From IMG/VR virus record IMGVR_UViG_3300047476_001246: a stretch of 64,000 nt of DNA, one strand, 5' to 3'. Positions 9,232-18,947 of the stretch are shown one piece after another. The translations under genes were made by a program, and so were the position numbers. A model generated the notes under the pieces. It was given only the letters and a program-made list of their open reading frames with translations, did not search any database and had not been told where the DNA came from. This DNA is from a virus. The stretch's first letter is position 1, and each line of letters opens with the position of its first letter.

Positions 9232-10034
9232 TAGTATACACCTTTTCCTACATTTACTTTTTTAGGCTTGTGTGCATTACCTAGTTTCTTAGGAACACCC
9301 GATGTTGATTTGTGTGCAGGCCCGCCAATTGATGTAGCTACTGCACCAGCACTACTTGCGCCACCTGTAGCACTTTCCTTTACAGATTTTTTATTTTCGA
9401 AGTGTATAAATCTGGATTTTGCACCTTCAGGATCTTGCATAACACCAGCAGATCCACCACCACCGCCTCCTGCTTTTGGTCTTGAGCTTTTGTACATTGG
9501 ATCTCCGAGTGCATCGGTAGCAGTATTAGGAAGACCAAGTGTACCTGCTGCTCGTTGAATCAATGAAGGAGGATTGGGATTCCCTTTTACAACTTCGCCA
9601 CCTGATCTAATTACATCACCACGGGCGTTTCTTCCTTGATAATTACGAGCATTGTCATACCGCTCATTTTCTCTTCGTGCAGCAGCATCTCTTTCCTCAC
9701 CGGTTTCCCCTTCTTCAGAGATCAATGATTCTAAAGCATAGTCAGCAGCATCCTCAGCAAACACAGTCATTTCTGATTGCTGACTTGCTGCTTCGTATTT
9801 TAAATAATCGCGAACGCTTTCCAAGTACTGGCTTGCTAGGGTTAGTTTACTTTGTACCCAACCTTCAAGACCTTCTAGCTCGCTAATATCTTTAAGCAAA
9901 CGATGAATCTCAATTGCTGCTTGTGCAGACGAATACATCTGACTGCGAGCCATTTGCACTTCGTGGTCGCGATGCATGTCATCGGCTTCTTGTGCGATTG
10001 TGCTGTTTTCTACTATAAATTCTGTTGTTTTCAT
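9231..10034 (-). CDS. Hypothetical modular protein, probable internal head protein
   Basis: 267 aa; N-terminus MKTTEFIVE; ESATGGASSAG module. Confidence 0.65.
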   Translation of the reverse strand: MKTTEFIVENSTIAQEADDMHRDHEVQMARSQMYSSAQAAIEIHRLLKDISELEGLEGWVQSKLTLASQYLESVRDYLKYEAASQQSEMTVFAEDAADYALESLISEEGETGEERDAAARRENERYDNARNYQGRNARGDVIRSGGEVVKGNPNPPSLIQRAAGTLGLPNTATDALGDPMYKSSRPKAGGGGGGSAGVMQDPEGAKSRFIHFENKKSVKESATGGASSAGAVATSIGGPAHKSTSGVPKKLGNAHKPKKVNVGKGVY

Positions 10035-10059
10035 TTCAATACCTTACTGTATCTAATAT

Positions 10060-10368
10060 TTAGTAATTACAAGCAAAGGTCCATTGCTTGTTGTCATAAC
10101 CATCTTTGCCTGGCTGTTTGGGCATTTCTGCATTGTCTACTCGTAATTTAAGTAGCTGAAAATTTCCGCTATTGGAACAATTTTCTAATTTTATACAATG
10201 AACTCCGGGCGCTAAATCGCAAACTACATTTTCTTGTATGTAGTAATCGTAGCCGGCATAACCAAAAGTGCGTTCAGTGATCAAGTCGTCGTCTACGTAT
10301 ATTCTATAAACAGGAGGCTCACCGCTCCAGTGACAATGCACATCGAAGCGTAGCATTCTGTTAAACAT
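10060..10368 (-). CDS. Hypothetical beta-rich protein
   Basis: 102 aa, coupled to upstream gene. Confidence 0.6.
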   Translation of the reverse strand: MFNRMLRFDVHCHWSGEPPVYRIYVDDDLITERTFGYAGYDYYIQENVVCDLAPGVHCIKLENCSNSGNFQLLKLRVDNAEMPKQPGKDGYDNKQWTFACNY

Positions 10369-11273
10369 TATTTTTTCCTACCTTGGCAATGTGCCCGCTG
10401 ACTAAAGCCCTGTGGACGATTGCAATTGATACTGCGCTTGTACTTTGCGCTCCACTTTTCTTTTAACGTGTCTATTTCTTCTTTTAGCTTTTTGTAGCGT
10501 TTGGTCAAATGATATCCAGCCATCATCTTAGGCAAAGTAGCAGCAGTGACATCATTATCATCGCCCATGGTGGCCATACTATAACGTGGGTCATTGCCGT
10601 TTTTAACTACGCCAACTCCAGCTGCTTCTTCATTGACTGTTTGTGGGATTTTATCAAGCACACGCCCTAGTTCAGGATCATCTCTACCATACATTTGCAG
10701 CAAGTATTCGGATCTTGATTTGGGATTATCTCTTACTGCATTCCATGCAGCTCTCGCGGGAGTTCCATGACTGACATCTACCTGCTGCCCATTGATAGTA
10801 ATGACCTTTTGGCGCTCGTCGGCAATTATCACATAACCATGCTTGTCAGCAGTTGCACATTTGTCAAGACTTTCAAATGTTTTAAAATAGCCTGGAGTGC
10901 CGTCCTTTTTAACACTGTCTGGACGTAAACGATCACGGTCTGGAGCACCTACTGCTACAATAAAAATTGTGTTAGCAGGATTAAATTGTGGTTCAGGAAG
11001 TTTATAAGGACTTACTACTTCTAGGATGCGATCGCTGGGAATACCAGCTGCATTCATGAATACAGTTTTGTCGGAAAAATTAAACGGACTCTTTGGAGGT
11101 TCTACTTTGTTGCTGGTTGCAATGTACACATTGTCACGACCAAACTTGCTTTGTAGACTTTGGAATACTTCGCGATGTCCAAGATGGAATGGTTGAAAAC
11201 GGCCCGGGTAGAGTACTACCAATTGCGGGCCGGCTTCTGCTACATAACTTTCAAATAAATCAGCAATAAACAT
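10368..11273 (-). CDS. Cytidylyltransferase-like (HIGH) nucleotidyltransferase with appended C-terminal modules
   Basis: PGRFQPFHLGH motif. Confidence 0.8.
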   Translation of the reverse strand: MFIADLFESYVAEAGPQLVVLYPGRFQPFHLGHREVFQSLQSKFGRDNVYIATSNKVEPPKSPFNFSDKTVFMNAAGIPSDRILEVVSPYKLPEPQFNPANTIFIVAVGAPDRDRLRPDSVKKDGTPGYFKTFESLDKCATADKHGYVIIADERQKVITINGQQVDVSHGTPARAAWNAVRDNPKSRSEYLLQMYGRDDPELGRVLDKIPQTVNEEAAGVGVVKNGNDPRYSMATMGDDNDVTAATLPKMMAGYHLTKRYKKLKEEIDTLKEKWSAKYKRSINCNRPQGFSQRAHCQGRKK

Positions 11274-11302
11274 GGGAAATCCATTATATTGCTGTATTTA
11301 GC

Positions 11303-11785
11303 TTAAATGTTCTCTAGCAACCAAATGTAGAAAGGACTAGTGAAAGGCAATTTCCATGTGCCGTTCCACCCTAAATTAACACAGTTTTTAACGGATGAAG
11401 ATAACTCTTCGCCTCTTTTTTGTGCTTCGATTCGATAACGTTCTGGGTAGTTTGGCTCGTATGTGCTCAAAGTCCATTTCAAAGATCCAAGATCAATCTC
11501 GTCAATTTCAATTGAATCAATGTTTAACAGCAGGTCGCCAATGATATTGCCCTCGGGGTCCAGGACTGTGTCCCCGAACCCCTTGTTGAGCAAACTTATT
11601 TCTAAGGTATTATCACCCTCGGTTATTTCGTGATTGAACTCAAAATATTCAGTTTCGTTTGCTGGACGCGACAGTTTGTCATGCACAACAACCGTACCGT
11701 TTACACTTATTTTAAATTCTGTTGGCTTTTTGTCAGAAGAACTGCTTAAACCGATCTTAAAGGCCAACGTTTCTTTTTCATCCAT
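11303..11785 (-). CDS. Hypothetical protein
   Basis: 160-aa ORF with RBS. Confidence 0.65.
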   Translation of the reverse strand: MDEKETLAFKIGLSSSSDKKPTEFKISVNGTVVVHDKLSRPANETEYFEFNHEITEGDNTLEISLLNKGFGDTVLDPEGNIIGDLLLNIDSIEIDEIDLGSLKWTLSTYEPNYPERYRIEAQKRGEELSSSVKNCVNLGWNGTWKLPFTSPFYIWLLENI

Positions 11786-11794
11786 AATTCATCC

Positions 11795-12739
11795 TTATGC
11801 CGGAACTTTTTGTGCCATTTGAATTGCGTCTTGTAGAGCACGTGGAGCACCAGGCGCAGCGTCCGGATTAACTGGCTGTCCAAATTGTGGCATCTTGGCA
11901 AGGTCACCAACGAACTCGTAGTGCCCAATGTGATTCAACAGTACTTTACCGTGTGCCCAAATTTCTCCACCCAATGCAGCCCAACGACGGCAGAATAACC
12001 AGTCTTCGCTCAAGTAATGTCCTTTGGCGTCAATTGCTACATCAAAAATGCTGTACATGGTAGGTTCGTATTGTTTACCTAGACCAACATCATCAACATA
12101 CTTGCACTCTGGGTGTGCAGCACACAGCTTTTCGTAAACTCCGCGTTTGAACATCAAGAAACCGGTACCCATAGTATCTACAGTAAAGATATCGCCTTGT
12201 ACCTTGGTTTCGGGTTTTAGATTAATTACATAGTTAACTGGCAGGGCTTTTTTAGGATATAGTCCGCCGATAACTTCTTTGTCGCAAGCCATCATTTGCA
12301 GAATACTTTCTGGTTGGAAGCGAATATCTGCATCAATAAACATAAAGTGTGTTGCAGCTTGATTGGTCATCATTTTTGCCATCAAGTTATTGCGAGCACG
12401 AGTCACTAGGCTTTCATTTACCATGGTATCTAGGGACCAGTTGAGTCCAACTTGTTGCGCCATTAGAATAAAACGCAGCAGCGAAGTCATTGTGGGTTCG
12501 CTGACATTGCCACCGTAGCATGGCATACCAATATGCAAATGGCACTTGGTAAAGTCAAACGGTGTACCTTGCGGCTGAGCCTGTTGTGCTGTTCGCTGTG
12601 CAGCAGCTTGTTTGATTAGCGACACTGCGTCTTGTTGAGGCATAGCCTGCTGCGATTGTCTCTGTTCTGCAGCCGCTTTGATAGCAGCTACCGCGTCGGC
12701 CTGCGAAGAGGCATTTTCTCCCATTACTTTTTTAGTCAT
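11795..12739 (-). CDS. GT-A fold glycosyltransferase-like protein
   Basis: ESLVTRARN, FIDADI (DxD), GTGF, SEDWLFC motifs. Confidence 0.75.
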   Translation of the reverse strand: MTKKVMGENASSQADAVAAIKAAAEQRQSQQAMPQQDAVSLIKQAAAQRTAQQAQPQGTPFDFTKCHLHIGMPCYGGNVSEPTMTSLLRFILMAQQVGLNWSLDTMVNESLVTRARNNLMAKMMTNQAATHFMFIDADIRFQPESILQMMACDKEVIGGLYPKKALPVNYVINLKPETKVQGDIFTVDTMGTGFLMFKRGVYEKLCAAHPECKYVDDVGLGKQYEPTMYSIFDVAIDAKGHYLSEDWLFCRRWAALGGEIWAHGKVLLNHIGHYEFVGDLAKMPQFGQPVNPDAAPGAPRALQDAIQMAQKVPA

Positions 12740-12762
12740 TGATTTCTCTCTTTGTAAATTGA

Positions 12763-12927
12763 TTAGGCTTTGTTAACTTCGACAACAACACCGTTGCCTA
12801 GTAGTTCTTCTGCAACTGAAGCTAGTGCAGCGATAATATCATCAGTGATAATTTCTGCACCAGTTTCGTCGTTTTTGATTAATTTGCTAACGGTAATTAC
12901 CGCTACTTCTTCATGTACTTTTGCCAT
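12763..12927 (-). CDS. Small hypothetical protein (54 aa)
   Basis: MAKVHEEVAVITVSKLIK...VEVNKA; AAGGA RBS. Confidence 0.6.
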   Translation of the reverse strand: MAKVHEEVAVITVSKLIKNDETGAEIITDDIIAALASVAEELLGNGVVVEVNKA

Positions 12928-12951
12928 GTTGGGCTTCCTTGAATAATAGTA

Positions 12952-13674
12952 TTATTTATTATCCATGCAAACGAACTCAGAAACTTCTCGTACAATGTCT
13001 GGGTTAATTAATCGTATGAAAGTTTCTATATCGCGATCGTTTGAATAAATGTACGAACCCCAAATCCAATCGTATGGCTTGCTCAAACTTTCTCGGGTAT
13101 GATTGCTCATTCTGACTAGATCACCCAAACTGGTCAAGTAAGTTAAAATTTGGCTTCTGGTTTCGGAACTGTATTGCTTTTCTTTAAACCAAATTCTATA
13201 TCTATACTTTGGCGGCTTTTTGACCAATATGACATTTTTATTGAGTAATGATTTAACCTCATCATTCTCTGGGCCAGTAATCGAAATAATTTTATCTCTT
13301 TGCTCAGGATCAATTGACTGAGCGATAGATCGTATCATTGGTTCGTCAGTGGCGTATATAGATATTTTAGGTTCTTCTGTGCGTATTTTAACATCAGGAT
13401 ACTCGTAATAGAGATCCTTGAGTGCGTATAAAAATCCAATATCCGCTTCCTGAAGAGCCTTGTATAATTGCTGGTTGTACCAAGAACCTTGACGCTTGTA
13501 GTCTCTAACCCATTCGCGTCTTTTATGTACGTCACTGGCTATATCGTCACAGCGAATACTTTTGCACCCTGGTGCACGAATATCCAATTTGTAATAATAT
13601 TCTCTGTAAAAGTTTTTTACAGATGATTCAATTTTAATATTTGGAGACAGGCTCTTCCAGAATGATGTATCCAT
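12952..13674 (-). CDS. Hypothetical protein
   Basis: 240-aa ORF overlapping the end of clpA. Confidence 0.65.
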   Translation of the reverse strand: MDTSFWKSLSPNIKIESSVKNFYREYYYKLDIRAPGCKSIRCDDIASDVHKRREWVRDYKRQGSWYNQQLYKALQEADIGFLYALKDLYYEYPDVKIRTEEPKISIYATDEPMIRSIAQSIDPEQRDKIISITGPENDEVKSLLNKNVILVKKPPKYRYRIWFKEKQYSSETRSQILTYLTSLGDLVRMSNHTRESLSKPYDWIWGSYIYSNDRDIETFIRLINPDIVREVSEFVCMDNK

Positions 13675-15925
13675 TGTCGTCTATTCTATGTTGAAAGTTT
13701 GATGTTTCTACTGGTTGAAAAACAAATTCTTTGTTTGCAAAATCTACAATAATAGTTGTTCCTGCAGAAATATTTTCAAACAAAATCTTTTTACTCAAAG
13801 GAACTTTGATAACGTCGTTGATTTTTCTTTGCAACGGTCTGGCTCCCATTTTAGGATCAAATCCGTTAACTACCAGTTCATCAACTGCACCTTCTGTTAG
13901 TCGTACTCGAAGTTGTTTGTCTTGCAATAAATCATTGAGTTCGTTGATAAACTTGTTGACAATTTTACGCATACTGAGTTGATCAAGTTTATTAAACTTA
14001 ACGATCCCATCAAGTCTGTTTCTAAATTCTGGTTTAAAGAACTCTTTGACTGCTTTGTCATCTTCGTTTGATTTTTGCAGTTTACCAAACCCGATGTTGT
14101 TCTTTTCATTATCTGCTGCACCAAGATTAGATGTCAAGATAATGATTGCGTTTCTGCAATCTGCCTTTTTACCATTGCTTGACGTGACAGTTCCTTCGTC
14201 CATCATTTGCAGAAGTATGTTGCTGACATCGGGGTGTGCTTTTTCAATTTCGTCCATTAGAATAATGGAATTAGGATTCTTTTCGATATCGCTAATCAAC
14301 AAGCCGCCACCAAGATTGCCATCGTCGTAGCCCACATAACCAGGAGGTGCACCAATCAGTTTTGCTACAGCATGACGTTCTTGATATTCGCTCATGTCAT
14401 ATCGTATCAATTTCATACCAAGATTCTCTGCCAACAGTTTAGCAAGTTCGGTCTTGCCTGTGCCTGTTGGACCAAGGAACAAGAAGTTGCCCACTGGTTT
14501 GTTGATTGCTTTGAGTCCTGCTCTGCTGACATAAATTTTTTCAAGTACTGTTTCAACTGCATTGTCCTGACCAAACAGTCTGTCCTTGATTTTGGGTTCT
14601 AGATTTTCTATACCTTTTGAATTCTCTGTGCTGCCAATTTGTTCAACAGGTATCTTGGTCATTTTGCTGATTGCATCAACAATGTCGGATCTAACAATAG
14701 TCCAGTCCGAATCGGCCAGTTTACGTCTTGCACAGCAAATGTCAATCAAGTCAATGGCTTTGTCAGGCAGTTTTTTATCTGTTTGATAGCGAACGCTCAA
14801 GTCCACTGCTGCTTCAATAGCAGCGTCAGTGATTGTGCCGTTGTGGAACTTTTCAAAATTGCTTCGCAGACCTTTGAGAATATCTTTGGCCACTTGTGGG
14901 CTAGGCTCGTCCACTGTGACTCGCTGGAATCGACGCATCAAGGCTCGATCTTTTTCGAATGTCTGTGTGTATTCTTCCCATGTAGTACTAGCAATAACTT
15001 TGATACGACCTTTGGTCAATGCCGGTTTGATCATGTTGCTGAAATCTGGGCCGCTTTGATTACCTGACCCTGCTCCACGCATTTGATGCGCTTCATCAAT
15101 GAACAGAATAGCTTTGCCTTTTACTGTAAGGGCAGCAATAATTTCTTGAATTTTTTCTTCAAAGTCTCCACGATATTTGCTGCCTGCAAGTATAGTTCCG
15201 ATATCAAGATTGTAAACAGTGTAATCGTGCAGATAATCAGGAACAGTCTTAAGAGTAATTGACAGCGCCAATCCTTCGGCAATGGCAGTTTTACCCACAC
15301 CTGGATCACCAATCAACAGCACATTGTTTTTGTTCCTACGTGCCAGTACTTCGACAATTTCGTTGGTTTCAAAATTTCGACCAATCACAGGATCAATTTT
15401 ACCATCCACTGCCAATTTATTTAGGTTGGTACAGAAGTGCTCAAGCACCTTGTCCGCTCTTGCAGTATCAGTAATTGTTTTACTTGAATCTGTTTTGTAT
15501 GACTTATTGTAAAGTTCAATCAGCTTGGCACGTTCTAGACCATACTTGACCATGAAGTAATGAGCATAGCTGTTGTTTTCTGCGTGTATGCTCACAAATA
15601 GATCAATTATGGTAATGTGTGTTCTTGAACTAAACAGCACCTGGGTAAATGCACGATTAAAAGTGCGTTCCAGAGCATGTGTCTTTTTGGGATCGCCATC
15701 AGTGCTGATCAAGTCAACCTGTGACAGTAGATAGTCTTCCAACTCGTTTTCGAGTGATTGGACATCTGCTCCAAAGTTTACTAATAGATCTTTAAAAGGT
15801 TCGTATCTCAGCATGGCCAAAAATACGTGTTCCAGCGTGACGTATTCGTGACTTAGTTTGATAGCTATTTTTGTTGCTTCTTCGATGACATGATCAATTT
15901 CGGGATTAGTCTGTAGCATATCCAT
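13634..15925 (-). CDS. clpA: ATP-dependent Clp protease ATPase subunit ClpA
   Basis: Clp N-domain; two AAA+ modules (GDPGVGKT/LFIDEAH, GPTGTGKT/LMDEIEKAH); IGF loop; no ClpB middle domain. Confidence 0.92.
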   Translation of the reverse strand: MDMLQTNPEIDHVIEEATKIAIKLSHEYVTLEHVFLAMLRYEPFKDLLVNFGADVQSLENELEDYLLSQVDLISTDGDPKKTHALERTFNRAFTQVLFSSRTHITIIDLFVSIHAENNSYAHYFMVKYGLERAKLIELYNKSYKTDSSKTITDTARADKVLEHFCTNLNKLAVDGKIDPVIGRNFETNEIVEVLARRNKNNVLLIGDPGVGKTAIAEGLALSITLKTVPDYLHDYTVYNLDIGTILAGSKYRGDFEEKIQEIIAALTVKGKAILFIDEAHQMRGAGSGNQSGPDFSNMIKPALTKGRIKVIASTTWEEYTQTFEKDRALMRRFQRVTVDEPSPQVAKDILKGLRSNFEKFHNGTITDAAIEAAVDLSVRYQTDKKLPDKAIDLIDICCARRKLADSDWTIVRSDIVDAISKMTKIPVEQIGSTENSKGIENLEPKIKDRLFGQDNAVETVLEKIYVSRAGLKAINKPVGNFLFLGPTGTGKTELAKLLAENLGMKLIRYDMSEYQERHAVAKLIGAPPGYVGYDDGNLGGGLLISDIEKNPNSIILMDEIEKAHPDVSNILLQMMDEGTVTSSNGKKADCRNAIIILTSNLGAADNEKNNIGFGKLQKSNEDDKAVKEFFKPEFRNRLDGIVKFNKLDQLSMRKIVNKFINELNDLLQDKQLRVRLTEGAVDELVVNGFDPKMGARPLQRKINDVIKVPLSKKILFENISAGTTIIVDFANKEFVFQPVETSNFQHRIDDNGYIILEEPVSKY

Positions 15926-15927
15926 AT

Positions 15928-16791
15928 TTAGTGAATGAAAAAGAGTTCTTTAAGAGTTTGTTTTTGATCATCTGTCAGATGAACAGGAACAGTAATTTTA
16001 ACAGAGACCAACAACGAACCCCTAATATTTTGGTTCATTGCATATAGGCCCTGATTGGCAATTCTAAATTTAGTTCCTGGTTGTGTGCCCGGAGGAATAG
16101 TTAATTCAAATTGTTTATTATCTATACCGGACACGGTGATTTGATCCCCGACCATTGCACGTACACAATCAATTTCAATTGAGTAAATCAAGTCTTGGTT
16201 ATTTACTTCAAATTTGGTATCATTTTCAACATGAACCCTGACAAACAAATCTCCTCTTGGTAAACTTTCAAAAAAGTTATCTCCCAATCCTGGATATTTG
16301 ATTGTGGTGTTAGGGCGCACACCGCGTGGGATACCTACATCAACTGCTTGCCTGCCTCCGTTGGTAGTTTGGACGCTTATGGTTTTTTGTTGATCCGCTA
16401 ATGTGCTTGACAACGGAACCACAAGATCTACTTGTATATCCTTGTTGCGTCTAGGTTGTCTAAAACCGCCAAAAGGGTCTCCGTTTTGTCCACCAAACCC
16501 TGGGCCAAACGCAAACCCAAAATTACGCAGCATGTCTTCCATACCATGTGGCATTCCTCCGCCAACATCTTGGCCGTTGAAATTGAATCGCATGCCGCTA
16601 CGACGTTCGGCATCGTATTGGGCACGTTTCTGTGCGTCACCGATAACATCGTAGGCACTTTGAATTTCTTGGAATTTGTTTGTATCACCACCTTTGTCAG
16701 GATGATGCTGCATAGCCAATTTACGGTATGCCTTTTTTATTTCGTCCTGACTGGCAGATTCTGATACGCCTAGTGTTGCGTAATGGGTCAT
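15928..16791 (-). CDS. dnaJ: DnaJ/CbpA-type co-chaperone lacking the zinc finger
   Basis: J-domain HPD, G/F-rich linker, C-terminal domain. Confidence 0.9.
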   Translation of the reverse strand: MTHYATLGVSESASQDEIKKAYRKLAMQHHPDKGGDTNKFQEIQSAYDVIGDAQKRAQYDAERRSGMRFNFNGQDVGGGMPHGMEDMLRNFGFAFGPGFGGQNGDPFGGFRQPRRNKDIQVDLVVPLSSTLADQQKTISVQTTNGGRQAVDVGIPRGVRPNTTIKYPGLGDNFFESLPRGDLFVRVHVENDTKFEVNNQDLIYSIEIDCVRAMVGDQITVSGIDNKQFELTIPPGTQPGTKFRIANQGLYAMNQNIRGSLLVSVKITVPVHLTDDQKQTLKELFFIH

Positions 16792-16799
16792 AGACTGTA

Positions 16800-16828
16800 A
16801 TTATATACTACAAAAAGAAAACGGTCAA
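16800..16828 (-). promoter_or_regulatory. Sigma70-type promoter for dnaJ-clpA
   Basis: TTGACC-N17-TATAAT. Confidence 0.65.
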
Positions 16829-16867
16829 CACTTTAGAGCATTGACCGTCAAGTGGGTTCAAAGACAA

Positions 16868-17062
16868 TTACTTCTTAGCGTCTTTTTTTGCATCTTCAAT
16901 CTTGGTACCTTCTAGTTTCTTGTGTACCTTGATTGTCTTGCAAACTTCTTTTTCTTTTTTGGTTTTGTTGTCGAACTCTTTAACACAAACTTTCTTTTCT
17001 TCAGCTGCATAAGCACCGGTTAGTGCAAATACGCTGATCATGGCTGCTAAAATATATTTCAT
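16868..17062 (-). CDS. Small secreted Lys-rich protein
   Basis: Signal peptide ending AYA; two Cys. Confidence 0.6.
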   Translation of the reverse strand: MKYILAAMISVFALTGAYAAEEKKVCVKEFDNKTKKEKEVCKTIKVHKKLEGTKIEDAKKDAKK

Positions 17063-17286
17063 TTTGGATTATCCTTTTTGGTAAATTTTTCTGATGCTGT
17101 GAATCCTAGTCCGCCAATCACAATGTACATCATGTATTCGTAAGTGGTAGGATTGACTCGTTTTTCAAAAAACATTTCTGCAATAAATCCTACAGCACAC
17201 AGCAAGAAAGCCAAAAATGTTATGACTCTCTTGCTGCTAGGATTTGATTCGCTTTCTCCCGAAAGCATTCGTACTAGAAAGCTCAT
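17059..17286 (-). CDS. Two-TM membrane protein, holin candidate
   Basis: Two TM helices, charged C-tail, inside lysis cassette. Confidence 0.5.
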   Translation of the reverse strand: MSFLVRMLSGESESNPSSKRVITFLAFLLCAVGFIAEMFFEKRVNPTTYEYMMYIVIGGLGFTASEKFTKKDNPK

Positions 17287-17762
17287 TATCGCTCTGGATG
17301 ATCTGGTTGAAATGGAGCTTCTTTGCCACCAAAGCCTGCGTTCACTGATGCTGCAAAAGGTGCAACAGGTTCAAATGCAGATGATGTTGTAGTCATGAAA
17401 CCGCCCGCTGTACCAACTGGTACCGATGATGCTTTTGCGACTGATGGTGGTTCTGGTGGAGGTGTATACGGTTTGTTGGCCGCATCAATTGCCTTGGCTC
17501 TGAGTTCCTTGTCGTCACCGGCCAACATAATGCCCGACAGTGTACCGGTCAAGAATGTTGCGATTGGAATAATAAGTTCAAAAAACTTGTTATCGACTGG
17601 ACTCATACCATTCATAGGTTGTGTCACAAAAATCAGGCTGTATAGTACAACAAACACAATCCCAAACAGTGTTAAACCTAATATAATACCGATGAAGAAT
17701 TTGAGTCTTGCATTTAGTTCTTCTGTGGTATATCTTTCTTTACTGAATAATTCCGTAATCAT
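17286..17762 (-). CDS. Two-TM membrane protein
   Basis: Two hydrophobic helices and a Pro-rich tail. Confidence 0.6.
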   Translation of the reverse strand: MITELFSKERYTTEELNARLKFFIGIILGLTLFGIVFVVLYSLIFVTQPMNGMSPVDNKFFELIIPIATFLTGTLSGIMLAGDDKELRAKAIDAANKPYTPPPEPPSVAKASSVPVGTAGGFMTTTSSAFEPVAPFAASVNAGFGGKEAPFQPDHPER

Positions 17763-18001
17763 TTACAATCTCCTTTTTTTGATGCTGGTGGTGCAGGCTG
17801 TAGTAAGTTTGGATTTCCAGGTGTACCGCCTACTTTATCTTTTTCATAAGGTGTTAAATCCTCTGGGCATGTTCCATTGGCACTGCACCAAGGCTTCTTA
17901 CACTCTTTGTTTTCCCAGTTATCGGGGTCCTGGCAAGGATAACGATAGTTTTCCGAGCAAGCTACAAGCAAAGGCAATAACAATAGTGCTAGGTATCGCA
18001 T
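17759..18001 (-). CDS. Cys-rich lipoprotein
   Basis: Lipobox LVAC. Confidence 0.7.
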   Translation of the reverse strand: MRYLALLLLPLLVACSENYRYPCQDPDNWENKECKKPWCSANGTCPEDLTPYEKDKVGGTPGNPNLLQPAPPASKKGDCK

Positions 18002-18618
18002 TAGTGAACTCCTAGAACATGCAGAGCATGGTTGTAGTGCTTGATGCGATCATCTAGACCAATAAACCCGCCGTTGATTTTGCGTGTCATTGTTTTGATA
18101 TCGCCTTTGTCAGCTTCGTTATTGAGCTTGTTAGTTTCCCAGAACCAGCAAGCACTTTGTGCTGCACCTTCGAATGTTTGAGTATACTCGGCTGCTTCCT
18201 CGGGTGTGATCTCTAAGCTGGCAGCAAACCAGGTGTAGTTTGTTTTGCCAGTCAACTGAATTAGACCACGACCGCGATATTTCCAACCATCACCTGACGC
18301 TTCGTCACCATTGCCCATTCTATTTGCATAGATTCTATTGGCAATTTTTTCAGGTTTCTTTTCGTAGGCTTTGGCCACGCTCATTTCTGTAAAGTACTTG
18401 GGAAATACTTTCATCAAGCTTTCAGCTTTGTAATTCAAGTTCTCTGTCAAGAAAACAAAACTGCCCGATTCGTGGGCACATTGAGCAATAAATGATGCAA
18501 TACGCTGCGGGGTATTGATTTCATAGTCTGGCAATAGTTGACTTAATGCTCGATGCCAATGATCAATATATTGATTTTTTGGTAGCAGTTGTCTTAGTTG
18601 ATCTTTAGTTAGTTCCAT
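18001..18618 (-). CDS. Endolysin, glycoside hydrolase family 19
   Basis: FIAQCAHES, ENLNY, YRGRGLIQLTG, INGG motifs. Confidence 0.92.
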   Translation of the reverse strand: MELTKDQLRQLLPKNQYIDHWHRALSQLLPDYEINTPQRIASFIAQCAHESGSFVFLTENLNYKAESLMKVFPKYFTEMSVAKAYEKKPEKIANRIYANRMGNGDEASGDGWKYRGRGLIQLTGKTNYTWFAASLEITPEEAAEYTQTFEGAAQSACWFWETNKLNNEADKGDIKTMTRKINGGFIGLDDRIKHYNHALHVLGVH

Positions 18619-18630
18619 TCTTTAGTTCCT

Positions 18631-18681
18631 TTATTTTTTATGTTTTCCACCGCATATAGGACAAGTTTCTTGATCGCTCAT
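18631..18681 (-). CDS. Putative 16-aa CxxC micro-peptide
   Basis: MSDQETCPICGGKHKK; TAATG overlap with o-spanin stop; GAGG RBS. Confidence 0.45.
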   Translation of the reverse strand: MSDQETCPICGGKHKK

Positions 18682-18947
18682 TACTTTACCTCGTCAAATA
18701 TCTTTTTCTGTGTTGCATACCACTCATTCCACGCTTCCACCTTTGTGGCGCATTCATAATATTGTGTATAATTCTCAACTACGGTTTTATGCAAATCCAC
18801 AATCGAAACCGAATCGCCTTCAATTTTTTTAAGTTCCGGGCAAGTGACCTTTAACGATGCCGGTGCCTCGGGAAATTTAGCTACAACTGGCACTGTGGTT
18901 GAACAACCGGTTAGTAATAATGTTAGTAGTAGACCGTAGCGTTTCAT
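18681..18947 (-). CDS. Outer-membrane spanin (Rz1-like lipoprotein)
   Basis: Lipobox LTGC, Pro/Cys periplasmic part, follows i-spanin. Confidence 0.75.
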   Translation of the reverse strand: MKRYGLLLTLLLTGCSTTVPVVAKFPEAPASLKVTCPELKKIEGDSVSIVDLHKTVVENYTQYYECATKVEAWNEWYATQKKIFDEVK

